Shown piece after piece: positions 1 to 14,600 of a stretch of 64,000 nucleotides of DNA; position 1 is the stretch's first letter, and the number at the start of each line of letters is the position of its first letter. Source of the DNA: Vermamoeba vermiformis (lineage: Eukaryota); the NCBI GenBank assembly GCA_045837725.1, contig JBEWZL010000098.1, positions 310,001 to 374,000 of the forward strand, read 5' to 3'. The notes beneath the pieces are model-generated. The model saw only the letters and a program-made list of their open reading frames with translations, ran no database searches and was not told the origin of the DNA. The translations under genes were made by a program, and so were the position numbers.

Positions 1-404
1 AATTGTTACGGGTCCAAAAGTTACTTTAATTGACATTACACGAAGATTCTGGCCGTACTTATCGCGTATAAAATTACAAATAAATTTAAATAATAATTAC
101 CTGATAAATCTAAAAGCATTAGCCTTTCAGACAGCCACCGCTCAAAAGATAATTTTGGAACTGGCATATCAACGAGAACCAATAATAAATGTTCATAGAG
201 GCCACGCAAATTACGAATATATTCAAATCGAATAAGTTCTTTGTCCAGATCCACTAATGGAGGCAAAGTCGGTGGATTTTCTTTTGTCGCTACTAACTCC
301 TCGAGCAATGATGGTGAAAAGAGCACAATCTTGTCATTGCTCATATTACGTGGGCTCTTTTTATACGAATCATCGTGTCCATTGTGGTGCTTCCTTCTTT
401 TCAT
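1..404 (-). CDS. PCIF1: 5' part of PCIF1/CAPAM-like cap-specific adenosine methyltransferase (continues off window)
   Basis: ELIRFEYIRNLRGLYEHL..MPVPKLSFERWLSER resembles the PCIF1 helical region (EL.R..I..LR..Y..L...PP..SF.RW..ER). GT donor at about 100. The catalytic NPPF motif is not in the window. Confidence 0.55.
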
Positions 405-681
405 TGTCTGATAAAATCAAAATTTCGGTTGATTCGCATTGGATCTCACCACCAAAAAACTGCATGGCTTGAAATATTGTGCAAATCGTAGCTAGATATG
501 ACCTATAGTATTAATACGATGAAATAGGGCATTAAAATCAAACTCCAAATGAGATCCGATTTGTTTCAGTAATTATTCCGCAAAAACGAGATCTGTAGCA
601 ATCCAACACGCCTCGATACAATATATATATACTTTACTCGCACTTTTTGTCATACAACAATATTATTTCTTATTTATCGCA

Positions 682-1337
682 CTAAGCAGTGACTAATTTC
701 TTATTCTTGGACAATCGTCTAGCCTTGTATCTCTTCTTATCAGAAATCAGTCTGTAATCGCCGTCAGACAACATTTGATTGTGGCGCTTGATGCCTGAAA
801 CTCGTTCTTGCTTCAATGCTGCACGCATGCCGCTGAGTTTAGTCACATCCGGTTTGACGAATCTCTTCTTGGGAAGGTTGAGAATAGTTTTGATCCAAGC
901 AGGTTCATTGCCCGGCTTCCATGGCAGTGTAAAATCAGTTTTTTCGCCGCTGAACTTTTCCCAGGCCATCACTGTCTCTTCGAATGTTGCTGGTCCTTCC
1001 ACTGCACATCCAACACGTTAAAAAATATTCTAAAATATGCATATAGTGTATATCATATTTAATAGAGTATAGATACTATTAGAAAGCAAATACACGCAAA
1101 ACAAAATTATTGCGATTAATTAATAATAATTTTAACGACAGATTCGTAGCTATTATTGATAATAATTCGATATAAATGTAACACACTATATTTTCTAATA
1201 TATCTACAATATTATAATGATAACCTACATTTTTTACCACCAGCAGCTTTCTTTTTCTTCGCTCTTGTGATAAGAGTCATTTCACGGCTGAACAAGCCGG
1301 AACGCCTTGAAAATACACCAACAAGCGAGTTCAACAT
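682..1337 (-). CDS. Mitochondrion-targeted basic protein, mitoribosomal mL54-like (2 exons)
   Basis: Exon 1 1337-1229 (MLNSLVGVFSRRSGLFSREMTLITRAKKKKAAGGKK, presequence-like) splices in frame to exon 2 1001-682. EPAWIKTIL and ERVSGIKRHNQML resemble mL54 motifs. Confidence 0.45.
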
Positions 1338-2426
1338 ATTATAATATATTAATTATATGTTGGTGTCTGTACAATACAAAAAAATAAACAGAAAATATCG
1401 CGATCTCAGTTTTATGTCTGTCACGCCTGAAACACACCTCAGGTAACTGGTGACTGCAATACAACTATGTCACAGCATACAATATGTAGGAACGAATCAT
1501 GGAGTGCTTTGGGAAATTATCGCGGTTAGATGTGGAGATGGCCTCGCGCAACGGTAAAAATATATTAAAGCATGTATTATTATAGGCTGTCATATTTTTT
1601 TATATTCTAAGCGTAATCGGCGAGTAATTATTAAGTATACCGTGCAATTTATTCATATCATATTGTGGATATCTCCATTTTCGTATTTACGACCTCTAAA
1701 AGCCCATTTTGAATCCTAAACAGTGAAAACATCTTACATCCTTAATCTTAAAATTAGGATGAAGAATAACACCAAGCTTTACATACCTTGGCGAATGGTA
1801 ACCCATCCATTCCATTCGTTTGGAATAGTTTGGTAGAACGATTATACATTAGCAAATGACTCACAAATATTAGTCTTGACCTCAGAATATATTTTATTCG
1901 TGCCGAACGCCTGTTAAATCTCTTTAAGTAATTTGACGTCAAGAGGATTGATTTAATTGTTCCGCCATCGTTCGATAAGCTTGTAAAGCGTTTACTTGCC
2001 ACCATATTATGCTAGCCATAATACTATAGAGTGGTAGTATCACTTCTGCCAAGCAGATTCGGGGATCTCTTCCGAAAACAAAAAGAATTCAATTTCTGAA
2101 ATGAATCAGAACCAGAACAGTTGATTCGTATCGTGCTGAGATCTAAATTTGCTATGTAGAGTTTAAATCTGATTCAGCAAGCAGTTAAAAATAAATTGAA
2201 ATGTCAAGTGCCTGTCATGTTGAGATCTTAAAATTTATTTCTCGCTTCTTTTTCATTTTGTTCTTTTATTAACGTTATAACAACATAAGAGACAGAGGTA
2301 ATTGACTTTATTTCCTTAGCTCTTAGATAAATAGCTGAATAAAATACTCAACTGCCCTTTTTAGGAGGCGGAAAACTGCATCTGCACAAATAATATCTAA
2401 TTGATTTTATTATAGGTCCTGTAATA

Positions 2427-4859
2427 ATGTCCTCTTGGATCGTTCTCGCCCTTGTAGCCGGCGGTGCTTATTTGCTCCTCAAGAGAATGAGAAATAGCTG
2501 GAATAATATAATTAGCACTGGTAATTTAAAAATAGGACCGCAATTGCATCAATAATATTATCAATATTGCTAAGTTATTCGCTGATATTGATCTAAACGA
2601 ACAACCTTCGCTGGTAAAATTATTACTCCGCTCCTGACTGTTGTTTTGACAGATCCGAAAGGGCTCAGAGTGTTGTCAGGCTTCGAGAATTTTACGCGAG
2701 GAGTAGTCGATGTAACTAAAGTATTCAATATATCCACTGCCATCTTGCTCGAAGACCAACAGATCACCGAAAATGATCTGCGTCAGTCGCTGGATGCACT
2801 CCAAAAAAAATTCGCTTTACTACAGTGCTATGTAGCGCCTATTGGCAAGAGTAAGGGCCGATCCTAATTTTATTAATAATAATCTGCGAGAACATTTTGA
2901 TTGACACCCTTTTTTCGGGTAGGCCGCCGCTATAAATTCGTCGAATTGACGCCACCAAAGCAGATTGAACTCATTACAGTTGAATTTAAAGACGGAGATG
3001 CTAGCCATCAACGCGTTACTCATCAATTAGAGCTGGAGTTGAACAATCCGCTCGGAACTGAACAGATCTGCAGGTAAACCTCGAGTTTAGTTGCAAAATC
3101 GATTCCAATATGATGTATACTTATGTTTGTATACTTCAAGAGCCCGAGTAGTTTTTTTCCGTTCCACCAAGCAAACTTTACTAATTTGGACCATGGATCA
3201 CTGCTGCATCGATGGACGAGGCTCCTCTTACTTGTTAAAAGAATTTACTAAGATGGTCGTAAAGGTACTCTATTTAGCGTTAAATTTTATCTTCACTCGG
3301 TCGTAAACTCACCTCCAACATTACTTTCAGAACAAGCCTCGCGATCTGAATCCAAAATTAGTTCCAATTCCGCCCTCACCTGAAGTCATATTTGCAGCTA
3401 AAGGCGTGCCTAAACTGCTGCTCAAAGTCTGGAGTGTGTTCCAGCTCGCCAAACGATTCATTGGCAAGAGCTTGCACGAGTTCCCGCGCACGAACTTTGA
3501 TCAAGCGCAGTACAAGTTGCCCGATCAAGACCAGTCCTTATTGTACCACACTATTTTGTCGCTTGCCTCGCTGGATGCAGCCTCCACGGACAAAATTGTC
3601 AAAAAGGCCAAGGAGACTAACAGCACTGTAAGTACCGAAGATCATATTAATTACATACAAAATACGGGTGGGCTCTGTAATGGGCCAATGCTCGGCCGAT
3701 GACTCAACTTGACACGTGTCAAAAGTTTTCGTTTCTTATACCAGTGGTGGATCAGGACTTGTACTTTTTTACCTCGACTAATTTTGGCACAATAGGTCGG
3801 CACGGTGGTATACGCCGCACTGTCAGCAGCCATTACTGAGCGCATTATTCAAAGTAAAAAAGAAAAGAAAGAAAAAATTGAGCTGAACAAGCAACACTTC
3901 TTGGGCACGATCAACGTGGATGAACGAGCGCTGTTGAAACACATCTACGGCGATCGATTCTCCGACGATGAACTCGGTCCTGGCTACTTCACGTGCTTTT
4001 CATTGATCTTCACGCGCACATTGGGCACCTGGGCCGAAGCCATTGACAACCCGAAGAAACTGTGGGACATTGCCCCTGTTCTCCGCAATGATTGGAAGCG
4101 GGACATGAGCCGAGGTGTAAGTCGAGATTTTGATTCATTGTTAAATCTGCCGTAAGATATATGTATACTAATCAGTCGCTATTAATAGATCCAATTCGCC
4201 GTGCCTGCTTTATTAGAGTCCCGATCCCTGACAGTAGATCTAGCTCTCAAATCATTCCTTGAAAAGGGCACTATCTCGCAGCCTAACATTGCACTTATTT
4301 TCTCTAATTTGGGCAATCTGGACGGCAGTTTCAAGCTGGACAATTCAAACCCACCCAGCTTGAACGGCTCACATGAGAGACCCCTATTGACTTCTAGTCA
4401 CTCCAGCACCAACGATATCCTGAGCCGCAAGAAGAAAGAAGGCAACGCGGATCTTCGTCGCTCATCATCAACCCCGACCTCACCTGCTGTGCCGCGCACC
4501 ATCAGCAAGGTGGATGTCAGTCTGCGCACTAGTTCTATTGCCATTCCTCTGTTTGACCAGAGCGAGCAAGACATTATTAGTCGTGCGCGCGTGTTTGGAG
4601 CCGCCACTGCCGGTATGTACTTCATATTTCACACGACCCGTGCTATTAGTAATCTCGGGCCAATCTCCTGAAGTGGACTGTGTACTAACTACCAACTTTT
4701 GTTACAGGCGGAACAACAGAGTTCCTCGCATCATGCTTCACTCTCAACGGCCAATTACAGATCTCCGCAACATTTAATTCCGTAGCTCATACTCGCGAGA
4801 CATGCGATCAGCTTTTGCAACGTGTGATCGAGTTACTGAAGTTAAGTGTGCAAGATTAA
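2427..4859 (+). CDS. Membrane-anchored stand-alone condensation-domain / alcohol acetyltransferase-like CoA-dependent acyltransferase (multi-exon)
   Basis: N-terminal hydrophobic anchor MSSWIVLALVAGGAYLLL; WTMDHCCIDG (HxxxDG) at about 3187-3216; FSNLG motif; spliced last exon ends LLKLSVQD*. Confidence 0.7.
3710..3721. repeat. First copy of dispersed palindrome TGACACGTGTCA
   Basis: Exact copies at 3710, 17842, 24294, 25409, 27145 and 55555; 10-mer core at 47015. Confidence 0.85.
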
Positions 4860-5047
4860 TCACTCAAGACCCTCTCATTTTTGATATTTGTAAATAATTG
4901 TGCTATTAAAATTAAATAGAAACTCAATAGAACTGCTCGCGCGCTACCTTTACTAAATAAGGCAAAAAGGACGCTGATTATAAATTTCGCGTTGATTCTT
5001 CCGTTTGAAATTTTTGATTTTAATAGTTTCATATCCGCAATAACACC

Positions 5048-7549
5048 ATGGCTCTTGAACGATCATTGTCGCGCTTAAATAGCACTGCTAATTTGGATTT
5101 GGACACAACTTCGGAAGAAATCAAAGAGCTTTGGTTAAACAAGCAGAAAAAAGTAAGCAGAGCCATCAAATAGATTACATTTTGATAGATTGTTTTTTGC
5201 AGCAATTTTGAAGCGATAAATTCGGGTCAGATATTTTTAATTCGCACGGATGCAACTTGCAACAAAATTTTTAATATTTAAATTACAAATTTAATTAATA
5301 CCATTGTATTTAGGTATTTACCCGATGGGTTCAGAATTTATTGGACGAGCGAAAGCTCAAAGTAAACGATCTTATCGAAGACTTGAAGGACGGCTTCATT
5401 TTATGTAATTTAATGGAAATCATTAGCAACGAGAAATTGCCCTTTAAATTCAGTGCGAGCAAGGGCTCCAGACACGAGCGAATCCAATCGCTAGGCACAA
5501 TCCAACAACTTCTTCCTTTTATGCGCAGCCAGGGCTTGAAATTGACTTTAGGACCTGAAGGTAATATGAATATATTACAAAGCTCTTTAATATCATTTTG
5601 AAACCAAATTTCTTCATTACTTAATCTACAGTGCCAGATCGGCTAAAATTAATCGTCTCGTGAAACAGATATCTATGACGGCAAAGTGACCTTAGTTATG
5701 GGTCTTATTTGGACTATTATTCTCAAGTATCAAGACATCAACAAGAACGCGCTGTTAGAATGGGTTCAATCGCAGTTGAAGCCTTACACCGACCACGTTG
5801 ACGTCAAGAACTTTTCTGACAGGTAATATAGCATAGCAATAGTATTAAAGTCGCTATATTATCGATTAATCAACTATTTAAGAAAATTTAGACGATTTTA
5901 TGTTGCCGCTTAAAATTTCAAATGATTATTTAAGTGATAACGAAGGCGCATCTATTTAACTCGATTAATACGCTTTAATACTAATACGATGAATATAGCT
6001 GGCAAGATGGCAAAGCATTCGCGTACTTGATCCACAGCTTGGCACCCAATGCTATCGATATCTCCCATATTAAAACGGTACGTTCAATACTCTCTATACT
6101 CAGTATATTAACTCCTTAACTATAGGCTGATGCTCATGCACTGCTCGAAAAAGCATTCGCCGCTGCTGACTCGTCGCTGCATATTCCAAAATTGCTCGAT
6201 CCCGAAGACTTGAAGGCACCCGTTGACGAGCGTATTGTAATGACATACGTGTCTTATTTCCGCAAGGTACGATGTATATATGACACATTATTGGCTGTAT
6301 CTAACTCGATGTAACAGCTCGGCAAGAAAGAGCCAGCAGATCTGCCTGCTCCCAAGCCTACAGTCGTCGTAGATGAAGATGAAATCAAGCGTCTTAGGTA
6401 TGGTATTCTATAATTATTAATATCGCTATTAAATGCATGCTAACGAATATTTTAGAGCTGAGATTGAACGCCTAAAGAAACTTTTGGAAACAAGGGATCT
6501 GGAATTGTTCAATGTGCAACAAAGCAACCAGCAATTATTGAAGAAATACGGAGCTGAAATTTCTTACTTGCTTAATGCTCAAAAAGAAAGTCAAGTAAGT
6601 TCAATTCATTAATCGCGTACTGGATGTGGCCTCTCATTAATTATTCGATTCTAGGCGCAATTAGACCAAATGAAGAAGAAAGTCTCAGCTTATTCGAAGA
6701 AAATCATGGAGTTGAGTCTTCAAATTAAAGAGAGCTCTATGAATAACAACGTCAACTTGGAGGATGAGCTCAACAAACTTGCGATCTTGAACGAAGAGCT
6801 TCAAAAGAAGGTAAGTTCATTATTGACATTTTTTATTATCAATACTGATCGCTTGACAAGGTTGCCGCACTCGAACAACAACTTGAAGAAGCAAACAAAA
6901 AGGTAGATCTGGACACGCTATTTTGTAGCCTGTACCTCGGTCTAACTGATTGTATTAGGCGCAAGAATTATATGCCTCGTTGAAGAGCGTCGATGGCAAC
7001 GATCCTAACTTGGGTGAGAAGTTGGACGATGCTATTGCTGAAGTTTCAAGGTGCGTACCTGCATCTAGCTTTCTTTTACCTCTCGTTATTAATGTTAATA
7101 TGTATTGTTAACTAGACTTATGAAGATTAAGATGGAATTGTTGGCTGAATTAGACGATTTGAAGGATAAGAATAGGTACGTTTTAAAGACAATATTTACC
7201 TGCTCTGACCTCGATTGTTACGCGCAGAGAAATCACGACTTTTATGGCCTGGTTGAACAAACAGCTCAAGGCCCAAACAGCCAAGACCGAGGTCGTCGTC
7301 AAGAAACAAAAAGTGATCGAAGAGAAGCAACAGCTGTTCACGGACACGCAGTCCAAAGTCGAAGAACAGCTCGAGTCGTTGGTGGCAGCCAATATGCAGA
7401 AATTGGAGAACATTCGCGAGATGTTGAATCAATTGAAACAAGCGCCCAGGACTGCTACTATTACGAAGAGACTCGAAACGGAAGAACAAGAGATCGAGCA
7501 GATCACCAGCGAACCTGCCCCCAAATTACCTGAAGTGAGCGATGATTAA
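5048..7549 (+). CDS. Tandem calponin-homology (alpha-actinin/cortexillin-type actin-binding domain) plus coiled-coil protein
   Basis: KQKK|VFTRWVQ..DLIEDLKDGFILCNLMEII; IYDGKVTLVMGLIWTIILKY; NFSDS|WQDGKAF; DERIVMTYVSYF; then heptad-rich E/K/L/Q tail; about 11 introns. Confidence 0.85.
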
Positions 7550-8686
7550 GACATGGTGCTCCAATGTGCTACATATGAAATACGTATGTACGTTTTGATT
7601 TGGCTATTGATTTTTGATACGGTCAAAGTAGATTTGTTGCTTAAGTTAATGAAAGTCTTTTTGCTGAAACTAGAATCGTTAGATCTATTTACAAATACGA
7701 TTTACTGCTCATAATATTACAATAATTTCGATTTATGCAATATTTGTTTTAGAAACATTCGTAATTCTACTTCCTTTCGAAAAGATTTTTTTGTGTTCGG
7801 ATCTGATTCGTTACTATGAATTAGTAGTAGCAACCAAACACTCTTATAGTACTATTATATCATATACTCAATACATTATTACCCTTTGTGCGTAAGTTGA
7901 CGAAACGCAACGTCAACTGCTTTGAAAATCTTCACTTTTTCTAAACACAATCGGGCTATGTCATACAATATAACACGCTTGATATTACGAATAGATTTGT
8001 TATATCGATTTTGAGCTCTTTTAAGTCCGATCCGCCCGTGATCCGAGGACACACTTTTTTAGTGAAACATTTGGCGGTCTTTTAGCGATGCATCTTTGTC
8101 AGTCCTGCTACTCGAGAGTACCTCCTATAATATTGAATATTATGCGCTAATGACTCCGACACAGCGGAAACAGATCCCGAACAAAACAGCGAGTATTTGC
8201 GTAGTAATTCATATGCATTGCCAGTTCGATTGCACTAACTAAATCACTGTCAGATTTAACTCCATCTAAAAGTATTATGAATACAGACAACGTTGCTTAT
8301 TTAATTATTCATTCTTGGAAGCAAACATTGTCAGAGTGTGTACTCTTTTATACCCACGCCCGGGCGTGCAGGTGAGACAGTACTCGTGTTGTTAACTAAC
8401 ACTAATTACTCTATAATCAGATGTTATTGAAGACATAAAGAAGATTTGTGGCGCAATCTCTCGTCTCGCTAATGTCACCAAACGAATTTTCTTTGCGGGC
8501 CAATCAAAACGCTTTACGGAATATACTGAGCGCTTTTGTCTCGGTTGATGAACTTTCGTTACAACCACGTGATCATCTAGAGATACGTTTAAAAGACTGA
8601 CACGATGAATTGTTTCATTTTGTTTCACTGCAACAGTCTTGACATCACGCACACAGCAGATCTGCCTCGTAGATCTAGAACCAACA

Positions 8687-11600
8687 ATGCGTGTCAGACT
8701 ATCAACACTACTCGTGCTCGTTGCAGCATTGAGCGTCTTTGCTGCTGACGGTAAGTTTTAGAAGATTTTGTGACCCCGGATCTAATTCGATTTTATTGTC
8801 AGACAACTACATCACTATTGAGCAAGGCAGCTCTCAAAGCACTTATCTCAACAATCAGTTCGCTGAGTCGTTAATACTCGTCGTCAAGACTAATCAGAAT
8901 CAACCCGCGCAAGTTCAAGTAACGCTCACGGCACCTGCTTCAGGTCCATCTGCCCTCTTCAACTCCGCCACTGGATCGTTCACGCATGTTGCTTTTACTG
9001 ACTCCGCTGGCCGAATCTCAGTCAATATGTTTGCCAATAGCAACGTGGGTACCTATACTATTACTGCTCGCGCTCCCGGTGCTTCTCCTGGTAAGTACCT
9101 AGAAAAATCCTGGATCGGATGCACAACCCGAACAAAATCTTCCGCCTTTCCTGGTAGAATATCAAATCAAGTCTAATTCTTGTTCTATTTTAGTGCAAAT
9201 TACTCTTTACAATAATGCCAACCCTGCAACCGTCAGTGTTGTCAGTGGCAGCGGCCAATCTGCAGTCGTCAACACACTCTTTGCCAACAAATTACGCGGT
9301 CGTTTGACTGACGCCTCTGGCAAGCCCGTCGTATTTGTTAACGTCGTTCTTGAGGCTCAGGAGGTCAATGGTGCCACCGGATCTTTCCCTGGCGATCTGA
9401 GCAGTCTGAGTGTCGAAACCGACACTAACGGCTACTTTGAGACCTCTATTCAAGCTGGCAAGAAGATTGGCGCGTACACCGTTGTTTCTCGCGTGCCCGA
9501 CAACCCTTCGGCCACTACTGGCACTTGGTCCCTTGTCAACACTTACGCTGCCGGTCGCTCAATCTCTGCGCGCAGTGGTGAGAATCAAGTCACGACTGTC
9601 AACACGAACTTCAGAGCTCCACTCGTCGCGTTTGTTGGTGACGAGTTTGGCAACCCTGTGCCCGACATTACAGTCACTTTCCAAATTCCTCGTGACTCTG
9701 CTGCGTTCGGCTCGTTCTTGAGCGTGCCAGATCCAAAGACTGCCACCGCCGTTACCAACACCGATGGTATTGCCATGTCACCCTTCATTGCTGCCAATGC
9801 TGTATCTGGTGGCTACACTGCTACTGCTTCAGCTGTTCTTTCTGGATCCACCAAAACTGCCCCCTTCGCGCTGTACAACAATCCCAACTACAACACGCTG
9901 ACTTACACCGTGATCTCGCCTAAGGTTCAGATCTCAACCATCGCCAACCAGCTCTTTGCCCAAGACCTCGTCATTCAAGTGACAGATCAAGGTCTCAACC
10001 CCGTGCCCAACGTCACCATCTCCTTCCAAGCCCCGACTGATCCTCTTGGCGCCACGTGCTTCTGGGGTGATTCTAACTCATACATTGCCGTCACTAACGG
10101 CACTGGTCACGTTGTAGCCCCTGCACCTCGTGCTAGCAAGATCAAGGGCAACTTCGGTGTCTCTTACAACCCAATCTCACCTACCAGAGATCCCATCTCT
10201 TTGCTCGTCAACCCTGACGTCCCTGCTGTCATCAAGCCCGTCACTGGCAGTGCTCCTACCGTTGTCAATAGTGAATTCGAGGACCCATTGCTTGCAATAG
10301 TTCTCGATCAGTTCGGCAACGGTGTCCCTGACACTCCCGTGTGGTTCTTCCAGGAGTCCGATATTGATTCTTGTTTGGCTGCTGAAGACCCCCAGACTCA
10401 ACTCACTGATGTCCCTTCGATCCTCTTCGATAACCTCCGTTGCTCCAAGAATATTGTTGGTGACTCCATTGGTAGCGTTCTGTCCTTGTCTCCTCTGCGC
10501 ATCAATCTCGTCGCTGGTACTTACAATATTGTTGCCCTTGTTGCTTCAAACTACACCGTCAGAACTACTTTCACATTGACGAACTTGCCCGCGGAAGCCA
10601 GTTCACTTGCCATTTTTGGTAACGCAACGAAGGAGGCTAAAGTCGGCATGCCCTTTGATAACCTTGAGGTCCGAGCCTTTGATATGTACAACAATTTGGT
10701 CCCTGGCGTCACTGTCAACTTCTGGGCCCCTGACTCACCTGTCACTGCGCTCGTCCAACCCTCCGCTGTCACTGGCACTGGCACTGGTGCCTCTGGTCCC
10801 CTCGGCTTGGCACGAACCAGTGCTTTAGCCTCAGAGCGCCCTGGCATCTTTGAAGTCAAGGCCAACTCTACTGGCATTGCCAACGAAGTTACCTTCACGC
10901 TCATTAACCTCGTCAATGACCCGTACCGATTGCTCTTCCGCTCCAACTCTGCTTCAGAGACTGTGGTAGACCAATTCTTCGAGGACTCATTCGTGGTGCT
11001 CGTGACTGACCAGTTCGACAACCCTGTTAAAGGCGCACTTGTCCAATTCGAAGCCCCAGACACCGACCAGACAGCGAGCGGTTACTTCACTGGCGATTCA
11101 GTTCGCTTATCAGGCGAGGACGGCTTGGTCACTGTGCAAGGTGGACAAGACTTCAAAGCCAACACAGTCACTGGCGAGTATCAACTCAAGGTCACTGTGC
11201 CTGGCTACGCTGTTCCTGCAGTCTACTTTACCTTGACTAACACTCCTGAACTCCCGCACCACTTTGACATCTTGTATCCGAACCCAGCCGATCAGATCAA
11301 CGCTGCTGTCGTCACTGAGTTCCACTTCCCCACCATCCGTCTCTATCTCCTCGACAAATTTGGCAATGCTGTACCCAACCAAGCTGTCCAATTCCAACTC
11401 ACTCCTGGTACCAATCTCGGCGCTGGCATTCCCTCTGGTCTCTTTGAAACCAACAGCTTGACTTACGTGCCACAAACCAACGGCTCTGGCTACGTGTCTG
11501 CTCGTCAAATCCGTGCCAACGAATATGCTGGTACTTTCGTTGTACACGTCAATGTCCCGGACTTCCTTGACGTGCCTGCCCTGAACCTCGACTTTTCTTT

Positions 11601-14600
11601 CTACAATAAGCCTGCTAAGCCTTATGTCATCGAGTCCAACTATGCTGCTGTCCAGACCACTGTTGCTGAACAATTTGATGGTCTCCAACTGACTGTCTAC
11701 GACGAATACGGCAACACCGTGCTCGATGACGTCACTGTGGAGCTCTCTATTGGCACATCTGATGTTGATCCCAAGGCCACTGCCTACTTCACTGACGGCG
11801 AGGACGAGAGCAGTTTCATTGCGCTGTCAACTGACAAGGGAGGAAATGTTGTTGGCATTCCGTCTATCTTCGCTAATCACTTCATTGGCAAATACACTTT
11901 GACCATTGGCGCCAAAGTTGACCAAACAGTCTACGCCCCACTTTACATTGAGTTGACTAACATCCCTGGCCCCGTCACTCTTATTGACGTCCTCACCGGA
12001 GCCAACCAACACGTTAAAGTTACCGATGATTACGAAGTCCTCGTGATCCAATTGTTTGACAAGTTCAACAACACCGTCTACTCCAAGAGCATTACTTTCC
12101 AAGTCAACGTGCTTGATAAAGCTGCAGCTGATTTCGACGGCGCTGCTACTTACACGGCAGAATCGAATGAGCAAGGTGTCGCTACTTCTGGTGTCTTCAC
12201 CGCCAACCAGATTGCCGGCGAGTTCCGAATTTACGTTGAAGTTGACAGTACTTACATCTCGATCCCTCAATTCAACATCCCCAACGACCCTTGGTACTTC
12301 CAGTTGGATGAAGCAGGTCCTCGCGAGGCAGTCGTTGACCACGTATTTGCCGATCCGATCAGCTTATCGGTCTTTGATGCCTATCACAACTTGGTGCCCA
12401 ACACTCCCGTCACTTTCACTTCACCAGCCACAGGCGCCTCTTTGTTCTTTGACTTTGAAAACGGCGACTACACCAATTACGTGCTCAGCACCAACAGCGC
12501 GGGTCACGTCAGCACTGGTGAACTCCTTGCCAACAAGATTTCAGGTGCTTACAATGTGACTGTTGCTTGCGTCGGCTACTTTGCCCCTGAAATTATCTCC
12601 TTCACCAACAAACCCGATGCCGCTTACAGACTCGCGCTACCTTCACCCGACTACAAGGTCATGGCTTTGATCAACGAACAATCCGAGACCATTCACGTCC
12701 TCGTGCTCGACCAGTTTGACAATCCTGTCCCGGGCATCACTGTCACTTTCACTGTCGTCCCTAATCCCAGCAACAACGCCAAAGGTAGCTTCCAATCGAC
12801 AGACACGACTTCCACAGGCGTTTCTGACTCCAATGGCTTTGCTTCTCCCGTTGCTGTTTTCACTGCCAACAGCGTTGTCGGTCCCTACAAGATTGTCGCA
12901 TCAGCTGAGGGTCTCGCTGACATTGACATCTCTCTCTACAACTCAAACAACGTGCCTGACATCATTTCTCAAAGCACTCCCGATCAACTCGTCCAAGCTG
13001 GTACAGACATTACTGACCCGCTCTACGTTGTTGTTCTCGATCAAGGCAGCAACCCCGCCACTGGCTACACCGTCACTTTCAGAACACCCGAGACCGGTCC
13101 CTCGTGTTTGTTCGCTAACAACAAGCACAGCGTTGCAGTCACAATCGACGAGCAAGGTAAAGCCGTTGCTCCTGCCTGCACAGCCAACGGCAACCTCGGC
13201 AAATTCAACGTGACTGCAGACACTTACAATAGCCTCTCTGTTGACATGGGCGTCACTATTCTGGTTGGCAATGCTTCGAACATCATCGTCTCCGGTGACA
13301 AGCAAAGCGTGCAAGTCACCAATGCCTATAACCCCGTTGAAGTCACCGTCACGGACTCATTCGGCAACGTTGTCTCTGGAGCTAAAGTGACTTTCACTAC
13401 ACCCGCTAGTGGGGCCTCGGCATCATTTGACGGTCAATCGTCGCTTGTTCTTCCTACCGGTCCCGACGGCAAAGTGTCAACCTCCGTACACACCTTGACA
13501 GCCAACACTGTCGCTGGTGCTTGGAACCTCAGTGTTGCCGTTCAAGGCATTGTCTTGCCCGAGCTCGTCAAGTTCACTAACACTCCTGCTGCGGCTAGCA
13601 AGTTGACACTTGTCAGCGGTGGCAATCAAAGCACTACTGTTGCAACATCGTTCAGCAAGACCATTGTGTTCCGTGCCAACGATCAATACGACAATGTTGT
13701 TTCCGGCAGCTCGGTTACTCTCACCGTCCCCGCCACTGGTGCCTCATTGGCCTTCTCTAACAGTCAGAACACGATCACTGGCACTACTGGCACTGATGGC
13801 ACTTACACCGTCAATGCCCCTACTGCTTCCACTGTTGCCGGTACTTTCTCAGTCTCCGTGACTGGCGCTGAGAGCTTTAGCTTCTCCATGACCAACACAC
13901 CTGGCGCTGTGACTCAATTCACTCGTCAGGGCTCTGCTTCTCGCACTGCCAAGGTCAACACTGCCTACACTGAGACCTTCAAAGTTCTCGCTGCTGACAA
14001 GTACGGCAACCCTCGCGGTGGTGTTAGCGTGACTTTCTTCGCTCCCACTACTTGTGCCGCTGGATCATTCGCTGGAAGTGTCTCGTCTTACACTGCCACT
14101 ACTGACGCCACAGGTGTTGCTACTTCATCCGTTTTCACCGCCAACACAGTCGCCGGCAAGTTCAACGTGTTAGCCAACACCACTAGCGTGTCGACTTCTC
14201 TCACGTTTGCCTGTGAAAACCAAGCCGGAGATGCTGCGCACATTGAAGTGAACTCGGGCAATAGCCAATCTGTCAAGCCTGCAGCGACCATGTCTCCCCT
14301 TGCTGTGATCGTCTCTGATCAGTACTTCAACCCTGTCACTGGTGCTTCAGTCACTTTCACTGCCCCTACCACTGGCTCTCGTCTCACCTTTGCTAGCACC
14401 AACACCGCTTCAGGCACCACGGACAGCGATGGTGTCGTGTCAACTGTCGCTCCTGTTGCTGGAACTGTTGCTGGCTCGTTCAAGGTTACAGCCACTAGCG
14501 GTGCACTCAGCACTCAGTTCTCGCTGACAATTGTCGCTGGCTCACCTGCCGCGCTTGCTGTCATTTCAGGCAGCGGCCAATCAGCAGTTGTCAACACTCA

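Noticed and set aside
1340-2420. Long intergenic region with an 83-aa ORF (1754-2005)
   Set aside because: No motif, splice pattern or coding-like composition; no RNA gene recognised.
7550-8680. 1.1-kb gap upstream of the Ig-repeat gene as possible ncRNA or mobile element
   Set aside because: No terminal repeats, tRNA boxes or recognisable structure; probably promoter or UTR.
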